A stretch of DNA of 64,000 nucleotides from Malacoraja senta (GCA_038087875.1 CM075990.1:13764001-13828000); one strand, 5' to 3'. Positions 26,335 through 38,947 are shown, counted from the stretch's first letter. Numbers and translations are program-made. The notes: generated from the sequence alone by a model not told the origin.

Positions 26335-26638
26335 ATTGATTATGAACCTGAGGGACAATATTTTCACTGAGGGTGGTGGATATATGGAACAATCTTGCAG
26401 AGGAGGTAGACATCTGAATTTCCCCTGAAAGGGGATTAATAAAGTATTTATTATTATTATTATTATTATTATTAGTTGAGGCAGGTACTAGAACAGCATT
26501 TACAAGACTCGGACAGATACATGGATAGGAAAGGTTTAGAGGGATATTGGCCAAATGTGGGCAAATGGGACTAGCTTAGATGAGGCACCTTGGTCAGCAT
26601 GGATTAGTCAGGCCGAAGAGCCTGTTTCCAATCTGTAT
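26335..26638 (+). mobile_element. CR1 3' fragment interrupted by a 63-bp insertion
   Basis: gagggtggtgga...gaggaggtag|ttgaggcagg...ggccgaagagcctgtttcc. Confidence 0.8.
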
Positions 26639-27084
26639 GTTAATTTGTAATTCCCTCTGCTTCAGTGTGAGATCTTCAATGGGAGGCTGGGGATTTGCCT
26701 GTGATTCCAACATCAAAATCACCTAATGTCACAATGGTAACGGCCACTTGCAGAAATCTGGAAATGATTTGATTATATTTGGTGTTTGGTGATATAGAAA
26801 ATTTGGAAAGAATGAAATCATTTAAAATCAGGAAATAGCTTCAGGCCACACAAAGGTTTTCTTAATGGGGATTGGATATAATGAAAGCTGCACCACAGAA
26901 CTTCTGAAGGGTCTCGACGCGAAACGTCACCCATTCCTTCTCTCCAGAGATGCTGCCTGTCCCGCTGAGTTACTCCAACATTTTGTGTCTATCTTCAGTA
27001 AACCAGCATCTGCAGTTCCTTCCTACACCTCTCACGTAGAACCTTCTGAATTTTGTAGTCGGCAAGGCAGTACTCTGCATATCG

Positions 27085-27694
27085 CCAACTATGGACAATT
27101 TTACTTAAAAAAAAAAATCAAGCCAATTAATCAAGCCAATTAACCTACAAACATGTACGTCTTTGGAGTGTGGGAGGAAACCGAAGATCTCGGAGAAACC
27201 CCACGCAGATCACAGGGAGAACGTACAAACTCCATACAGACAGCACCCGTAGTCGGGATCGAACCCGGGTCCCTGGTTCTTGGTTCTTGGTTTCTTGGTC
27301 CTCCAAAATAATCCAAATGGAATTTAAACTGGAGGTGGTGGAGGGAGGACTTAAGCCAGAAAGGGTTTTTGGGAAGAAAGAGCTACCGTAAATTTAGTTG
27401 CATCTGGTTGGGTAACTATGGTAGGGTGAAGATTATTCCATGCTTTAATTGTGCAGGGGAAGAACGAATTGCTGTACACATCTGTCTTGATATCTGGTAT
27501 CTCAAATTGGATCGAATGCCCTCGTCTGCTCCTAATTGGTTTGGGTTTGGTGTAGGTTTTGTAATCTATGTCGAGTTGACCATTTAACGTTTTGTAAAAA
27601 CAGGTCAAACGGTGAGCTTCACGTCTGTCTTGGAGAGGGTTCCATCCCTGGCGCTGCATTTTGCTGTAAGGCAGCAACTTACCGCTGCGCCACC
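27085..27694 (-). mobile_element. HE1-like SINE split by the LINE at 27277..27644
   Basis: B box ggttcgatccc on the minus strand at ~27256..27266; head continues at 27652..27694. Confidence 0.85.
27277..27644 (-). mobile_element. 5'-truncated CR1/L2-group LINE 3' end inserted in a SINE
   Basis: ORF 27351..27716: GWNPLQDRR...FYK...NSFFPCTIKAWNNL; tail (CCAAGAA)n; TCCCTGG duplicated at 27270 and 27645. Confidence 0.85.
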
Positions 27695-27721
27695 ATGACA
27701 TAGAACAGTATAGCATAGGAG

Positions 27722-27952
27722 TTCAAGTTCAAGTGAGTTTATTGTCATGTGTCCCTGATAGGACAATGAAATTCTTGCTTTGCTTCAGCACAACAGAACA
27801 TAGAAGGCATTGACTACAAAACAGATCAGTGTGTCCATATACCCTTCTATAAATATATACACACATGAATAAATAAACTGATAAAGTGCAAATAACAGTT
27901 AATGGGCTATTAAAGTTTAGAGTTTTGTCCGAGCCAGGTTTAATAGCCTGAT
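27722..27952 (-). mobile_element. Rex1/Babar-type LINE 3' UTR fragment
   Basis: Matches the reverse complement of ~54030..54249. Confidence 0.85.
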
Positions 27953-28136
27953 GCCCTTCAACCCACAACGTTTGTGCCAAACATGATGCCAAGACCAACT
28001 CTTATCTGTCTGGCAGCAGCAGCAGCTCCCGGCGAGGCGTTGCCACCATTTGCTCTGCTCCATGACCCTGCAACCAAAGATACTATGAGGAGCTCCGCTA
28101 TATAATCTTTGCCTGCAGCAACAGCAACAGCACTGG

Positions 28137-28178
28137 GAGTCAGAGTCAGAGTCAGAGTCAGAGTCAGAGTCAGAGTCA
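28137..28178. repeat. (GAGTCA)7 microsatellite in the CSGALNACT2 promoter
   Basis: Seven perfect units counted. Confidence 0.95.
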
Positions 28179-28289
28179 GGCCCGTCGGGGCGGAGCAGGT
28201 CCCGGGCCGCGGTTGCTAAGCGACGGCGTGTGCGGTCCATGCCTAACCTCCACCCCGCCCGCCAGCCCGCTTCCGTGTCAACTTCCGGC

Positions 28290-28396
28290 CCGCCGGACTA
28301 ATGCATCCGCCGCTCTCAGCGCCCCGCGGGCATCGCTGGTGCTGCGGCTGCAGTCGGAGCTCGGAGCTCGGCGCTCTCCCGAGAAACCACTGACGG
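28290..28396 (+). other. CSGALNACT2: Probable non-coding first exon of CSGALNACT2 (start approximate)
   Basis: Strong donor CGG|GTGAGT at 28396/28397 at the 3' edge of the CpG island. Confidence 0.65.
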
Positions 28397-28620
28397 GTGA
28401 GTAGAGGAGTCCGGGAGTAAGGGGCTCTTCCTCTTGGCTCCCGTCCGGGTGAAGTGGATGGGTGCATCCCCACCCTCCCCCCATCCCTTGTCCCATCAGC
28501 TACGACTAGTTTCACTGTCCTCCTGATTAATTTCACCGTTAGTTATGCCGCGTTGTCACCTTCACCTCAGCCAACAATGAACCATTCTACATTTCCTTCT
28601 TCATCGTCTGCTTTCATCTG

Positions 28621-28935
28621 TGTAGGAGGGAACCGCAGATGCTGGTTTACACCGAAGCAAGACCCAAAGTGCTGGAGTAACACAGCGGGACAGGCAGCAT
28701 CTGTGGGGAGAAGGAATGGGTGACTTTTCGGGTCGAGACCCTTCTTCAAACTGTCGTTTTCACCTTATTCGTCCATATATCCCCAGTCTCCCTCACCCCT
28801 GACTATCAGTCCGAAGAAGGGTCTCGGCTCAAAACGTCACCATCCTTCTCTCCAAAGATGCAGCCTGACCCGCTGTTATTCCTACATTTTGTATCTATCT
28901 TCAGTGTAAACCTGCATCTGCTGTTCCTTCCTGCA
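28621..28935. mobile_element. Inverted pair of Penelope-derived repeats just downstream of CSGALNACT2 exon 1
   Basis: Arms at ~28621..28753 and ~28806..28935; both cores mutated. Confidence 0.75.
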
Positions 28936-31593
28936 TCTCTCATGTCCTCTCCACACCAAACTTGCACCGTCCCTTGATTACCCTCCAGACTCTATTCTGG
29001 TCCTGATCTTTTCTTTCTTTTCCGTTCTGCACTACTATCTCCCAACATCATCATCACAAGATCTGTGCTCATGTCCTGATCCTAACTCATAATCAGTCCA
29101 TCCCAATGTTTACCCCCTTGGTCAAATTGTCCATCAATTGCTTTCCCCCCCGTTAAAATGTTATTCATCTCAACCAGTGCTGTCAGAGTTACACAATCTT
29201 GCCCATCTGTGAAAAAAAATCTTGTAAATTTCCTCTTCTGTTTTATTAGTGACTAATAGCTTTGACCTCTCTTAGTTTAGTTTAGTTTATTGTCACATGT
29301 ACCGAGGTGCAATGAAAAGTTTTAAAATTGTATTTGCATTTCTTCTCGCAAGCCCTTTAAAAGTGCCCTAAAATGTAGACATTAGAATTCTCTTCTGATG
29401 CAATATGCTTTGTTTCCATGCCCCAATAACATCATGTTGCCTGTTGTACCATGTCCAGTTTGCTTTAATGAAATACGGGGGTTGGTAATTACAGAAAAAC
29501 AAATAAAAACAGTAGTGCGCACAAAAGACCTTATGATTGGTTAGAGTTACAGCGAGCAGAATAAACCATTGTTTTTCGTCATGTTTTAGCTTTGCAGAAC
29601 TTGGAATGATAACAGCAAAGCACACTGCCTCTTGAGTTCCTGCTACAATAATGCAATTGTTTTGACTCTCTTGCCCTTTATCTATTGCCCTGCAATTATT
29701 TTTGTATAGTGATCCAACTTCCTTTTGAAATCCATAAATGAATCTGCCTGCATACCCCGTCAGGCAATGTATACCTGATGCTAATCACATGCTGTAGAAA
29801 AGAAGGGTTTTTCTTTGTACTGTTGTTTGGTTCTGCTGTCAATTGCTTTACAGCTATTGACTCTGGTTCTTGATATTCCTCATCAATTTGTAAATGTTTC
29901 TCTCTACCTTGTTTCTCTGGCTAGATTCTTCATTATTTTCAGCACCTCTTTCAAACTTCTCTGCACCAAGGAGTGATAGGTTGCAGGGAAATAAATGTAG
30001 AATCGACGGACATGATTATCCTGAGTGCTGATATAGTGCCGATGAACCAATTGTCCTCCTCCTCCATTGGAAGGAAATATAGAAATAACAAAATAATTCC
30101 AGTTGTTGACAAAACAGTGCTTTTTAATTGTTCATTATAACTTCTCAATGTTTGTGGTCTGTCTCTTTTATAAACCCAGGATCCCTGTGCAGGACAGACA
30201 GAAGGGTCAGTATGGGAAGGGGAGATGAAATGGTGAGCAACCAGGAGAAGTAAAAGTCGGTTAACCAGTGCCACAGTTCACAACGGTATATCCCTCTTGG
30301 GATTACACCATCCCTCACCAGGCCTCTCAGGGAACCACCTGCCTGAAGTCATCTGTTTTGCCAGTCCTGGTCTTTTCTTACTTTCAGTCCCACACCAATC
30401 AGTCTGAAGAAGAGTCCTGATCCGAAACATCACTTATTCATTTTCTCCAGAGATGCTGCCTAACCTGCTGAGTTACTCCAGCATTTTATGTCTATCTTTG
30501 GTATCTTTGTGCGCATTCCTTTTTTAAATTAAATCTGGGAATATTTGAGTACAACCTAATGGAAGTGGTAGAGCAAATTAAGAAATAAATATTTTTTTAA
30601 ATGTCTGAAATGGGCTTTATAAAGAGATTTAAAATATAGGAGAATGAACGTTGTGATGAACTTTTTTGATAAAATACTATTCCTAGCATAATTTGAGTGT
30701 AGCAATCAACTTTGTTGAATATATTACGACCCTAAGAAATGCAAGAGATTTACTATAATGATTCTTGGACTGATGGTCTGAACCAACATGGGTAGACTGG
30801 AGACGCAAGTTGTTTCTCTTTGGAAAGGAAGAGGTCCAGAGGAGATCTGGATGCAGTTATTTAAAATCATGAAAAGCCTTGAAGGGAGGGAAATTGCTTC
30901 CACTGCTGATGGAGCCAAGAGCCAGAGGGCATAGAATGGTACTTGACCCCAAAAAAAAGATTATATGATGCAGAATTGTTTACACCAAAGATCATAGAGT
31001 GGAGATGATCTTTGGTTTACACAGTGAGTATGTTTACACAGTGGAATGCAAGCTGGTTGCGAAGACAGATTTAATCATGGCTATCGAATGGGAATTTGAT
31101 AAGTACTTAAAGTGAAAAGAAATCAAATATATAGTGAAATAGGAAAATGGGTAGATTATTTGCTAGATTATTTGCAATGAGCTGGCACAGACTTCATGGG
31201 CTGCGGGCCGCCTCCTGTTGTGTGACTTTGCTGTGATTCTGATTCTGAATTCCTGCTGTCAGAATCCTAAAGCTCCCTACCCAACATCTCTGTGGGAAGA
31301 ACTGCACTGATCCAAGAGAGAGTTAGATATAGCTCTAAGGGGTAACAGAATCAAGGGATATGGGGAGAAAGCAGGAACTGGCTACTGATTTTGGATAATC
31401 AGCTATAAGCATATTGAATGGTGGTGCTGGCTCAAAGGGCCGAATGGCCTACTCCTGCTATTTTCTATGTTTTCTATGTCTATGTTATTCAGTAATGTGG
31501 CTCACCACCATCATTTTGGGGTAATTAGGTTTGGGCGGTAATTGGCTGGCCTTGTGAGGTATCTCCTCCTATCATAAAGGCAATGTCTGATTA

Positions 31594-31905
31594 TAAGTTC
31601 ATAAGTTAGAGGAGCAGAATTAGGCTAATCGGCCCATCAAATCTACTCTTCCATTCAATCATGGCTGATCTATCTTTTCCTCTCAACCCCATTCTCCTGC
31701 CTTCTTCCCATGCCTCTGACACCCGTGTTAATCAAGAATCTAAATTTCTGGTTTAAAAATATCCATTGACTTGGCCTCCGGAGCTGTCTGCGGTAATGAA
31801 TCCCACAGATTCACCACCCTCTGACTAAAGAAATTCCCCCTCATCTCTTTTCTAAAAGTATGTTCTTTTATTCTGAGGCTGTGGCCTCTGGTCCAAGATT
31901 CTCTA
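31594..31905 (-). mobile_element. CR1 LINE 3' fragment (a + strand CR1 tail lies at ~31312..31485)
   Basis: ORF 31740..31946: TRGHSLRIK...FFSQRVVNLWDSLP. Confidence 0.85.
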
Positions 31906-32384
31906 GACATTATAATGGAAACAAACATGGTGGAATGGTTTGTCAAGTTGGTGGATTTTGCCTGCCATCTACGATTGCTTTACCAAGAAGCTTTGTGTAA
32001 TACCACAGGAAGGGGATAAGAAATGATAGTTGATGTATAGTTTGATTCGGAATATCGTAAAGCTGACCACATTCGATAATAATTTATTCATGTTGCAACA
32101 AGCCGACAGCAAGTTTTAACTTGTGTATTTTAAAATTAGAAAGCTTTCAATATACTCTCTTGATAATTCCTGTAGAATTTCTGTTAAGCTGTTTTGCTGG
32201 TTTGATGTTTCCTTTTCCCATATTTTCAAGATGAGATTGCCAAGTTTCTCAAATCTCTGCTGGTCCTTTTTAGAGTAGTGATCCATTCTTTAGCCAAGCA
32301 ATTTTTTTTTCTCATGGCCAGGACTTCACACAATACTTGAAGTACAAGAGACTGGTTGGAGTCCTGCCTCCAGACCTAAACTAT

Positions 32385-32782
32385 AAGTAAGTAAGTAAGT
32401 AAGTTTATTGGCCAAGTATTCACATACAAGGAATTTGCCTTGGTGCTCCGCCCACAAGTAACAACATGACATACAGTGACAGTTACGAATGACTCAGAAA
32501 ACACTAAACATTAATAATAACATTAATGATAAAACACCATTGATCAAGCATGTGAACCAACAAAATACCAGATCAAAGGGAGGCTACAGATTTTTGGCTG
32601 TTGAGTAGAGCAACTACTCGTGGATAAAAGCTGTTTTTATGTCTGGCTGTGGCAGCTTTGACAGTCCGGAGTCGCCTTCCAGAGGGAAGTGATTCAAAGA
32701 GTTTGTGGCCAGGGTGAGAGGGGTCAGAGATGATCTTGCCTGCTCGCTTCCTGTCCCTTGCAGTGTACAGTTCATCAATGAT
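32385..32782 (-). mobile_element. Rex1/Babar-type LINE 3' end (other subfamily)
   Basis: ORF 32573..32797: KIISDPSHPGHKLFESLPSGRR...NSFYP; (AAGT)n tail. Confidence 0.85.
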
Positions 32783-33611
32783 ATCTATTTCAACCACATT
32801 CAGTTTTATCGAGTTAAAGGAATATTTAAAGGTTTTACTTGGTTGTGCTTAACCCTAGGGTAAAGGATGTGCAGAAATTGAGGCACAGGCTCTCCTTCTG
32901 GGGACTTCCAGGAAGCTCATGAAGACTGTAGAGAATGTTTGCTCCCTGTGTTCAAGGGAATTGGATAGGAAGAACTTAAGGAGAAATTATAAAGGATTTG
33001 GAACAACGGAAAGGAAAAGAACAAGTTTGCTGTTGGGCACTGCCTGAAAACATATACTGATTCTTGGCAGATAGGGTTCAACTCAACAAACAAATCCCCC
33101 TGCATGTTAGTGCACTGCAGATCACAGGTTTGTTTTCATTACACTCACTCTTTGCCTTAAGGTGGCAAGATAAACACACTGCCTTGCGGCTTCAGTTGCC
33201 TGAGGCTATGTTACAAAGAGTCTACAGTATAGAAATGGATCAACCATCTTCAGCTCATTCCTTTAATGTGATCCTTTAAACCGTTTGCCTTCATGCTCTT
33301 GCGACTTCCTGTTAATTGTATCCATTGAATATAAATTTCAGCCACACTCCGAGATACCATGTGTACCTCTTTCTAACCATTCTTTAGGCTCCCAAGCTGT
33401 TTGACTTATTGATACTCTGATGGGCTGAAAGGAGTGGGAAGAAATCACAACTCCCAGTATATGTTGTCCTAATATCTCCAGAGGGCAGGGTGTTTTAAAG
33501 TGGTTTAAAGCATGGCCAGGAAACCGGAGACCACCAGAGAAGGATAATAGACACGAGTATAAAAGACTGGAAGCCAGGGAGAGTTAAGTTAAAGATAGAA
33601 GAGATCTTGGT

Positions 33612-33899
33612 GGGTGGCGCAGCGGTAGAGTTACTGCTGTACAGCCCCAGAGATACGGGTGTGATCCTGATTACGGGTGCTGTACGGAGTTTGCTCATAC
33701 TCACTGTGACCGCGTGGGTTTTCTCCAGGTGCTCCGATATACTCTCACATTCCAAAGACGTACAAGTTTGTAGATTAATTGTCTTCTGTAAATTCTTCCT
33801 AGTGTGTATGATAGAACTAGTGTAGGGATTGGTCGGTGTGGCCTCGGTGGGCCGAAGCCGAAGGGCTTCTTCAATGTTGTATCTCTAAATCTAAAACTA
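33612..33899 (+). mobile_element. HE1-like SINE
   Basis: A box tggcgcagcggta, family core and tail. Confidence 0.88.
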
Positions 33900-36357
33900 G
33901 GAGAGAACGTGGAAATCGGTCTGATCTGACGTTCAGGCTATTGTATTAACAACAATGTTGACAGTGCATATCTCCCTCTTTAATTCCAAAATACATTAAG
34001 ATAATTTTTTGGCTTATCTTGATTGTTGCAGTTGATCTTGAATGAATTAAATGTACTCTTCCATTGTGCCAATTTTTATTTTTGCAAAGAGTTTTCATCC
34101 TTCATCTCAGAAAGACCCTTTCATTGTATGGTGCAGCTTTGGTGAGATAAATTGTATAAAAAATGTGCATTTATCGAGCCTTTTGGCAAGAATACTGTTA
34201 AAATATATGATGGAGGCTGGAATGATTGAAAGTGAGATGACGTGCCACAAGATTCTGTACCTGCTGTGATGACAGAGTGTGTCTTTGTGAAGGGAAGGAG
34301 CTCAGCTCTTTCGGTGACCTTGTTCTTGAACCGCAGAGCGAACGTCTTTCAATTGGATGAAACTCTTTTGATAGCTGAAAGAATGTGAAACTTTCAACTG
34401 TAGGGACCGGTGCTGCAGTTTTGATTAGTAATGCAATGGGTTCCATTGCATCGGGAGCCCTTGAAATCTTAATATCTTTCATTAAACCCTGTGTACACAT
34501 TTCTGAAAGATTCACAAAGTTTTTTTGTAATTGCAAAATATAGTGCTGTGTTCAACAAAGGTCTGATGGCAAAGAGGCAATTTACGTCCTTTTCCTTGTA
34601 TATTGAGTGACCCCCTCACCCAAACCTTCATAGGGTTAATTCATCCCTGTTTAAAAATTGGAATTGGTGCATTGTATAAGGCAGCGTGGCACACAGTTCT
34701 GCTGCATTGTTTGTCTTGGGCAAGTGCATCGATCAGTTTAAAAAAAAGAAGCCATTTGTGACTTGTTGGGAAATAGTGTAGATTGGTAGGATACCTCTTC
34801 CAGCTGTGAACTGAAAATCATATTTGTGGAATAACATCTCACCTGTTTGGACTGAGAGTTGGTTTTCCTCACCACAGACAATAGAGCAGTCACTGCAACA
34901 TGTTATTTGGGGAGTGAAATGGGGACGAGAACATCTCTCAGTCCTGACCTCCCTTGCTCACGTTCAATGGTAATGGCATGTTGTTTTTTGTGTCTCTGTA
35001 GCAGTGTTTTTAAAACCTCACCATATTTTGGTGCTTTTGACGCAAAGTCCAGATGTCTGACCTCATGAAACTCTTGGAAACTCTTTGTTGATCACACTTT
35101 TGTAAAAGTGTGACAATCTATGTGGGAAAATCTTACAATATTCAGTAAAAATAACATGAATCAACAAATAAAAAGAGAAAAGAACTCAGAATTCTGGAAA
35201 CATTATTATTGGAGTGCATGGTACACCAAGATACAGACAGATCTTTGTGAATCTATTGGCACGTCCTTGCTTTGAAAACATTACTTAACACAAACCATGT
35301 TATCTATGAGCTCAGCAATGTTGAAATGGTGAAGGACTTGTTGATCATCCAAGTTCCACTATTTTCCTAATGTTCAGAAGCTGTTTGTGAATTTCTTTGG
35401 AGGTTGGGCAGATTAAAACGCACATTAGCCTCAATGCAGATATATGGTCCACTTGAAGTTAGAGCCAAGTTACTCCACACTTTAGGAATTCTTGATTGTG
35501 CAATGCTGACTACACGTTAAAATGGCTGAAAACTGCTCTGCACCACAAAAGGTTAAAGCCCCTATCTAAACATATCTTTTTGAAAGAATGGGTTCCTAAA
35601 AGGCTTTGACATGGAAGCTGATGAGCATTTTGGACTGGACTGAGAGTCTCTTTCATTTAAAAATTGCCATGAATCTTCGGAATTCTGGACCTCAGAGGAT
35701 TGTAGATTTTGTTACCAAGTATATTCAAGATGGAGATTGTATGTTAAGGAAATCAATTCATATGAAGATTAGGGTAGAATGGAGCAGAAACCACTCAGGA
35801 ACAGCTTCTTCCCCTCTGTTATCAGGCTTCAAAACGGTCCTTTCATAAGCTTGGGTATAGTCTCACCTCTACCCCATTCCGGATATTGGACATTGTTTAT
35901 GGAACTGATTCTGTGTGATGCTGAGAACTATATTCTGCATTCTGTATCTTACCTTTTGCTATATTTATTATTCTTAAGTTTGACTTGATGGTATTTAAGT
36001 ATAGTATTATCCGATCTGTTTAGAAAGCACACAAAGCGAAACCGTTCAGTGTACCACAGTAAACGCAACAATAATAAAACTAAACTTGAATATGGCATTG
36101 AATAGAATCAGCCCATGATCATGATTTGTGTCACTTATATCTCTTCTTGTTGGTTATGTTCTTTTTAAGAGAGCCGGGGAAAGAATGTTGCTTCGATTGA
36201 AATTGAGTTAGCACTGCTGATGTAGTCCATTTACCTTTTTAATAGTGTTTTCCAATATCCCAGTAGCCATGGTGTCAAACACTATTACCTAAGCAGGTTG
36301 ATGAGGAAACATGGGTCTGGGACATCATCCAATAAGGACTGTTCGAGTGTTTTGTTC

Positions 36358-36672
36358 TTAGTTTATTTTAGAGATAATGAGATACAGCGCGGAAACAGGC
36401 CCTTCAGCCCACCGAGTCCGCGCCGACCAGCGATCCCCGCACACTACCGCTATCCTACACACACTAAGGGCAATTTACAATTATACCAAGCCAATTAACC
36501 TACAAACCTGTTTGTCTTTGGAATGTGGAAGGAAACCAGAGATTACGAAGAAAACTCACGCAGGTCATGGAAAGAAGTGCAAACTCCGTACAGACAGCAT
36601 CCGTAGTCAGGATCGAACCTGGGTCTCTGGAGCTGTAAAGCTGCAATTCTACAGCTGAGCCACCATGCTGCC
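36358..36672 (-). mobile_element. HE1-like SINE
   Basis: Full-length family match on the minus strand. Confidence 0.88.
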
Positions 36673-37446
36673 TTTAGGACCTTTGTTATCTGGAAATTCA
36701 TGACAAGTAAAATTGCAAGAATACTCCCAGATATATTTTTGGGTGGGTACCCTATTCAGGTGGAATATAGGTTTCCACCCAAAAATAATTCTCTGCAAGA
36801 ACAAACAATGAAAATGTTCCACTGATGCAGGAGATAGCAATAATGTATAGTTTAATTGTGATCCATTATTGTGATTGTATAGATTTTTTTTAAATTGTGT
36901 TATAATGGCAGAGAGTTCCATTCTTTACTCTGCTTCCTTTCCTTGAGAAAATTAAGTTCTATGTTTTTTACCCTAAGTTCATTCTCACCGTAAAGTTAGG
37001 CCATTTAATCACAGGGTACTAGCCATATATTTAATCAACCAGGACATTTTTAAGTACAGGTTTGCTTTTGGTGTTGATACTTTTTCCTTTAGTTGCTTTA
37101 ACACTTCAATGAGTTTTAGATTACACTGGTTCTCCTTCAGTATTTTCTTAAACCAACTTAATAATCATAAAGATTTAACATTGCACCTTTCCTCCCTTCC
37201 CTCACCAACTTCATAGATTTCACTGGAATTTTTGTCTTTCTGGTCTATAGTCATAGTATGACTTGCCACAAGCTGGACTAACCTCTATATAAAAATTCCC
37301 TCTCAAAGCTCAAATGACCAAGTATTACAAGTTTCTTTTCATAATTCTTCCATGAACACACCATAAGGTAAATGCTTATAGGATTCATCTTCTCACATAC
37401 AATATGCTCTTTTTTTCCTCTTTGAAATTACTAATATCATACAGCC

Positions 37447-37758
37447 TTGGATAGAGCAAATATAGAGAGGATGTTTCCACTAGTGGAGGTGTCTAGGACC
37501 AGAGACCATAGCTTCAGAATAAAAGGACGTACCTTTAGAAAGGAGATGAGAAGGAATTTCTTTAGTCAGAGGGTGGTGAATCTGTGGAATTCATTGCCAC
37601 AGACAGCTATGGAGTGCCGTCAATGGATATTTCTAAGGAAGGGTGTCGGGGGTTATGGAGCTAAGGCAGGAGAATGGGATTGAGTGGGAAAGATAAATCA
37701 GCCATGGTGGAGTAGACTTGATGGGCCGAATGGCCTAAATCTGCTCCTAGAACTTTTG
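37447..37758 (+). mobile_element. CR1 LINE 3' fragment
   Basis: ORF 37447..37683: SRTRDHSFRIKG...FFSQRVVNLWNSLP. Confidence 0.88.
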
Positions 37759-38271
37759 AATACTGTCCATCTGCCCCATTTCACAGCAGACAACACAAAT
37801 TGGGAATAAATGCATATATCAAGGCTGGCTGAAAAGCTGATGGACATCTTTAGGCAGGAGCAGTGTCCTCCATTCTGTTCTGTGCTTAGAGCTCCTTCTT
37901 ACTTGGGATTCTCTGCAAAGGTGGACATGGATCTTAGTCAATTCACAGTTATGAAGCTTGGAAAGTTTTATGTTCCTACTGGGCACCAGTCCCTTGCAGA
38001 AATAATGAGTGAATCTGATGTCAGTTTGGCACACGCAACCGGCCATGAATGTGTTCATTCATTACCCTGGCACTGTGTGGTTTAGAAGCTTGTCCAAGCC
38101 ACTTCGTCCTATTCTGTTGCCAGGACTCAAAAGTCTAGTCAAGAATATTCAGCATACAGAAATAGAAGGGAGAAGGATCCCAATTCTCCACATAGATTTC
38201 CATCTTTTAAAAGACTATTTCAGTGATCCTTATAAATAGTTATAATCCTACATACTAAACATTGAAATGTG

Positions 38272-38465
38272 GGTAGACACAAAATGCTGGAGTAACTCAG
38301 CGGGACAGGCAGCATCTCTGGAGAAGTCTGATCAGTCTGAAGAAGGGTCTCGACCCGAAACGTCACCTATTCCTTCTCTCCAGAGATGCTGCCTGTCCCG
38401 CTGAGTTAATCCAGCATTTTGTGTCTATCTTCGGTTTAAACCAGCATCTGCAATTCCTTCCCACA
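38272..38465. mobile_element. Inverted pair of Penelope-derived repeats; intact + strand hammerhead-like core at 38337..38364
   Basis: gtagacacaaaatgctggagtaactcagcgggacagg pairs with cctgtcccgctgagttaatccagcattttgtgtcta. Confidence 0.8.
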
Positions 38466-38947
38466 CATTGAAGTGTGGGTCATTCAAGGGAAAATTTAAG
38501 TAACATACTTAAAGCAGATCATCCGCATGATATTTTAGAGATCATTCAATGTATGAAGTTGCCGTAATGGTTCTGCTAAAAACACCACAAGCTTTTAGTC
38601 ATATAACTTGACATCAGTCTGAAGAAAGGTCCTGACTCAAATCGTCAGCGAATCATTCCCTCCACGGATGCTGACTGACTGCTGAATTGATCAATGGTGA
38701 CTTGTTTATATTTAAACTGTGGAATAAAACTATTTTGCTTCTTAATTCCAAAAAAATCTATTGTGCATGTACAGTTTGGAATATTGTAATTCCAAATAGC
38801 TTTGCATTAGCTTTACAATTTTGTCGGCATGACCATTTGTGATAGATCCCACTAATAAATCCACGTGGAACATCAAAATAAATCTCTTTGTTGAGAATGG
38901 TTAGAATATGGAGCTTTCTACCAAGAAGAGTTGTTATAGGAAATAAT

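Larger units (their letters stand above)
28020..28460 (+). promoter_or_regulatory. CSGALNACT2: CpG-island promoter of CSGALNACT2
   Basis: The only CpG-dense stretch not explained by a repeat. GC boxes GGGGCGGAG (28187) and CCCCGCCC (28253); tandem ETS/GABP-type motifs GCTTCCG (28269) and ACTTCCGG (28281). Confidence 0.75.

Noticed and set aside
27917-28536. Several GC-rich ORFs, including a DSDSDS / poly-Cys peptide
   Set aside because: By-products of the CpG island and the (GAGTCA)7 and CAG/CAA repeats.
33950-35100. Repeat-free intronic block with Sox/Fox-like words, a possible enhancer or extra UTR exon
   Set aside because: Short motifs only; cannot be supported without conservation or chromatin data.
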